The notes below the pieces were generated by a model. The model made no database searches. It was not told the origin of the DNA and saw nothing but the letters and a program-made list of their open reading frames with translations. The translations under genes were made by a program, and so were the position numbers. This document shows positions 59,871 to 64,000 of a stretch of DNA of 64,000 nucleotides, one piece after another. Where the stretch lies: NCBI GenBank assembly GCA_964016885.1, contig OZ024742.1:213590001-213654000 (forward strand). The letters run 5' to 3'. The first letter of the stretch is position 1; each line of letters begins with the position of its first letter. The stretch is from Eledone cirrhosa (Eukaryota).

Positions 59871-60170
59871 GTCTCTTTATATATGTAATACATATATTTC
59901 CCCTTCCTTGAATCCTCCACGCATTACACGAGACACAAAGCAGAGAAATTGATATACCCACACCTATACACCCACAATTGAACACCCCCATATAAACAGC
60001 TACAGACAAACACCCACATTGATACCCATACATATTGGTTATCGGAGTACACATAGGTCTAGCAGGTTAATTAAATCACACACAGAGACACACACATATA
60101 CACACACACATGCACACACACACACACGCACACATACTGAGGCACACACACACTCACGCACACACATACA

Positions 60171-60218
<48 letters not shown>

Positions 60219-60381
60219 GATAAATCAGTGATGCAACTGAACTCAATTTATTGTGTGACACAATAAATTGAGTTCAGATGCATCACTGATTTTTTGTTTT
60301 ATATTATATCACAGTCTGCTCTGTAAGAACATAGAGTGCTCAACTGGCATACCACCTATGGAAGTATCATAGCTACCATCA

Positions 60382-60509
<128 letters not shown>

Positions 60510-60669
60510 GTTTCGTTGACAAATACTTTTTTATGACATTGTATGACATTATATGCGTCAATGTATTGTGTCTTATTCTATATAGCACTGGCCTCGGGCC
60601 TCCCCTGCTGGTCCTTAAACCTTGTTCTGGTGACGCAGCTTGATGGAGCATGCAACTATTGATATACTC

Positions 60670-60735
60670 TTGTTTATAGGCTCTGATGATTCCTGCCTTA
60701 TGGTACGGATGAAACACTGTTAGCTAATAAAACAA
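60670..60735 (+). ncRNA. Type I hammerhead ribozyme
   Basis: TTGTTTATAGGCT-CTGATGA-TTCCTGCC ttat GGTACGGAT-GAAA-CACTG-TT^-AGCTAATAAAACAA. Confidence 0.7.
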
Positions 60736-60851
60736 TGTATTTCTAAGCACTCTTTGGTTATTCCTAAACCTATATATATATATATATATATATGTATATA
60801 CGGGAATTGAAGATTCAAGTACCTTAGCGGTATGTCGCATATCCAATCTCT

Positions 60852-60922
60852 TATATATTTTATCTGATGAAAACGTACTGAAACACCACTGTACCTTTGA
60901 AATATGTATAATAAAATATATA
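60852..60922 (+). ncRNA. Type I hammerhead ribozyme (family C relative), 12-bp stem I
   Basis: TATATATTTTAT-CTGATGA..GAAA-TATGTA-TA^-ATAAAATATATA. Confidence 0.8.
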
Positions 60923-60974
60923 CTTTGGTTATGATATTTCTCATTTATTAATATTTTGAATAATAATATAGAGA

Positions 60975-61034
<60 letters not shown>

Positions 61035-61043
61035 GGGGGGGGG

Positions 61044-61081
<38 letters not shown>

Positions 61082-61236
61082 TTTTTAGTGTGATATGGTC
61101 CGTACCGTAGATAGAACTCAATATATATATGTGTGCATCCCGTGTTCAATCGGGGGTTAACCACAGTAAGGTACTCAATACATAGCAGAGTATAAATATT
61201 TAATATTTCCTGATGATTTCCTTCGAATGAAGCAGT

Positions 61237-61269
<33 letters not shown>

Positions 61270-61430
61270 GTAATAATAATAAATTTCAAGACTAAAATCC
61301 AAAGAGGGCTGGATAAGGATAAATTAAATATATATCAAATATATAAGAACCCTAGATCAAATATTTATTAAAATAACAGTTGCAACGTTTTGTGAAATAT
61401 CCACATCTGCGTTTACAGATTGACTTTGTT

Positions 61431-61481
61431 AGTTTCAGAAGATCCCGTTCAGGGTGAAAGCAGCGATTCTTTGCTTAAACT
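61431..61481 (+). ncRNA. Hammerhead ribozyme with one core substitution, monomer-type stem III
   Basis: AGTTT-CAGAAGA-TCCC gttca GGGT-GAAA-GCA..TGC-TT^-AAACT. Confidence 0.6.
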
Positions 61482-61593
61482 TTAATCTGTTATTTTAATA
61501 TATATATATATATATCCAATACTTTTCCACCACATAATCACATACACGTACCCTTGTATCTTAAAATGTCCAGCCACACCTCTCAAACACACA

Positions 61594-61625
<32 letters not shown>

Positions 61626-61720
61626 TTATGTGTGTGTTTATGTGTGTCATTGAATGATTAATTACCGGACAATGTGATCGACATTATTGTGCATTGATCA
61701 GAATTATTCACACACACACA

Positions 61721-61789
<69 letters not shown>

Positions 61790-61794
<5 letters not shown>

Positions 61795-62356
61795 TGTATA
61801 TATAGTGTTTATTGCAATACACTGTATGCTTAATTAAAAGCATTTCGAAGACCTTATGTTATTGTTTTAGAGTAGTGACAGTCTCACTTACTTTAATTTT
61901 CAGCAAACAGGGGAGATAAAGCCGACAGAGCCCTGTTTCGCATTTGTTGATACTTATCAAAGCTAACTACTCCTCCTGTTTACCGAAAATCATGAATGTT
62001 TGATTCTTATAGAATTCTAGTAAATAATCAAGAACTGATTATACAGAGGCGTTGCCGGTCAAGCAGAAATTGATAATTAGAATTGGTGCTCTGAAATAGG
62101 TATATATATATATGAATGTATATATAATGTATTTTGCAATACTCTGTATGCTTAATTAAAAGCATTTCGACAATACGAAACAGGGCTCTGTCGGCTTTAT
62201 CTCCCCTGTTTGCTGAAAATTAAAGTAAGTGAGACTATCACTACTCTAAAACAATAGCATAAGGTCTTCGAAATGCTTTTAATTAAGTATACAGTGTATT
62301 GCAAAATACACTATATATACATTCATATATATATAGCTATTTCAGAGCACCAATTC

Positions 62357-62362
<6 letters not shown>
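61790..62362. mobile_element. Nested inverted copies of an HHR-bearing element (degenerate HHR 61920-61964, -)
   Basis: 61790-61940 mirrors 62176-62326; AGCT-TTGATAA-GTAT..ATGC-GAAA-CAGggctCTG-TC^-GGCT. Confidence 0.7.
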
Positions 62363-62422
<60 letters not shown>

Positions 62423-62620
62423 AATGATGAATCAAAACATATCAAATATGTTTAGGATTTTGTGTTACTCAATAAGCAAGCTCAATAGACTTTATCTAGA
62501 GCCATAGTAACCAAATTAAAAGATATATGTTTATATATAGAGAGAAAGAGATATATATCGTACAAGAAACACGGTATATTGTATATATACCAAATCTGGA
62601 AACTCTGCTTCGAAATATTG

Positions 62621-62717
62621 AGACGTATCTGAGGAACTTGCGATTTCAGAGTTAGGTTCGATCATCGCATCGATCGTGCCTCGAACTGGTTGCCAGAGAA
62701 ACGATTGTAATATGTCT
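62621..62717 (+). ncRNA. Type I hammerhead ribozyme, extended stem II
   Basis: AGACGTAT-CTGAGGA...GAAA-CGATTG-TA^-ATATGTCT. Confidence 0.75.
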
Positions 62718-62789
62718 AATAAATTCTAATTCGTCGCACCACTAATTCTCCGTTTCTTCTGTGATATATATATATATATATATATAGTG

Positions 62790-62887
<98 letters not shown>

Positions 62888-62984
62888 ATCCAGTCCCCGC
62901 TAGCTGTTCCATCTACCGAATTATTATTATTTTTATATGAGTCCCCAGTGTCCGCGCATTGCCTGGAGACTTAGCTGAGAATAG

Positions 62985-63066
62985 ACTCCCTGATGACGCA
63001 ATGAATTCTCGACGGTTATATTACGTAACTGTCTTTATCCCATTGCAGAAACTAATTAGTTGGAGT
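62985..63066 (+). ncRNA. Type I hammerhead ribozyme, extended stem II
   Basis: ACTCC-CTGATGA-CGCAATG...CATTGCA-GAAA-CTAATTAG-TT^-GGAGT. Confidence 0.8.
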
Positions 63067-63241
63067 GAAAATTTTAGTAAGTAAGTTAATTTTTTAAATT
63101 CTTTTTAAAATTTTCTTATTTTACGACTTTCATATTATTGTTCTGCATCCTCCTGCATTGAACCACCTAGGTACTATGACATAACTTATGTATTTGCTAG
63201 CATTAGCGTACATCTGTACGCATATGTTAGTAGATATACTA

Positions 63242-63374
<133 letters not shown>

Positions 63375-63577
63375 CATATCAATTTTATACATCTGCCTTA
63401 TGTCAGCTAGTTTTATACGCTAAAATCGTAGATATACTATACTTCCCACCTAGATTGATGTGATTATTTCAAATAATTTATTGCTAGCATTGTTAGTATT
63501 GTTAGTATTGTTGTTATTGTTCTGATTGAATGCCATTACTACTATATATAGTAGCCATGCCTGTATATTCTTTTCAT

Positions 63578-63698
63578 TCTCGCAAGCTCCGATGAATTAA
63601 CAGGTTATAACTTTGTATTGGTGATCGAATAACGTGAAAATAAGCGGGTAGCGATCTCTAGACCTACCAGTTCAGAGAAACAATTGTCAGCAATGAGA
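63578..63698 (+). ncRNA. Hammerhead ribozyme with one core substitution
   Basis: TCTCG..GCT-CCGATGA...GAAA-CAATTG-TC^-AGC..TGAGA. Confidence 0.6.
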
Positions 63699-63916
63699 TT
63701 AAAAACCTTTTTGTATAGCAAACCGTGTCACTCTTCTTTCCTGATTTATTATTACTCCAAGTGTTTACAACATAGGAATTACAGCGTACTCGCAGCATCA
63801 CTATGGAAACGGCGTGTTGAGTCAAACTTAGCCAAGCGTTGATATCATCCACTACCCGGAGTACCATAACTGGACTACACTTAAGTGGACTACCTATAAC
63901 AATAATTTTTTACCCC

Positions 63917-63960
<44 letters not shown>

Positions 63961-63967
63961 GGGGTAA

Positions 63968-64000
<33 letters not shown>

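Overview
AT-rich, repeat-saturated eukaryotic (animal) DNA with no recognisable host protein-coding gene. The dense (TA)n/(CA)n/(GA)n/(CATA)n microsatellites and the SINE types suggest a cephalopod such as octopus, but that is inference. Almost all ORFs in the track are microsatellite artefacts. Real coding remnants are retroelements: a near-full-length Tx1/L1-clade LINE (21176-27224, -) plus a decayed copy, several Penelope-like elements (PLEs: RT plus C-terminal GIY-YIG), and RTE, CR1-like and R4/Dong-like fragments. There are also tRNA-derived SINEs, two hAT-type MITEs and two non-autonomous Helitrons. The main hidden signal is in the short unique-looking islands between TA tracts. Read by eye, they carry about 18 intact-core and at least 6 degenerate type I hammerhead ribozyme (HHR) motifs (stem I-CUGANGA-stem II-GAAA-palindromic stem III-UH-stem I') from 10 or more unrelated families. 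These islands are repeatedly arranged as head-to-head fold-backs or split-and-inverted (twin-priming-like) insertions in TA microsatellites, with breakpoints clustering at the ribozyme. All folding and alignment was done by eye and boundaries are approximate.
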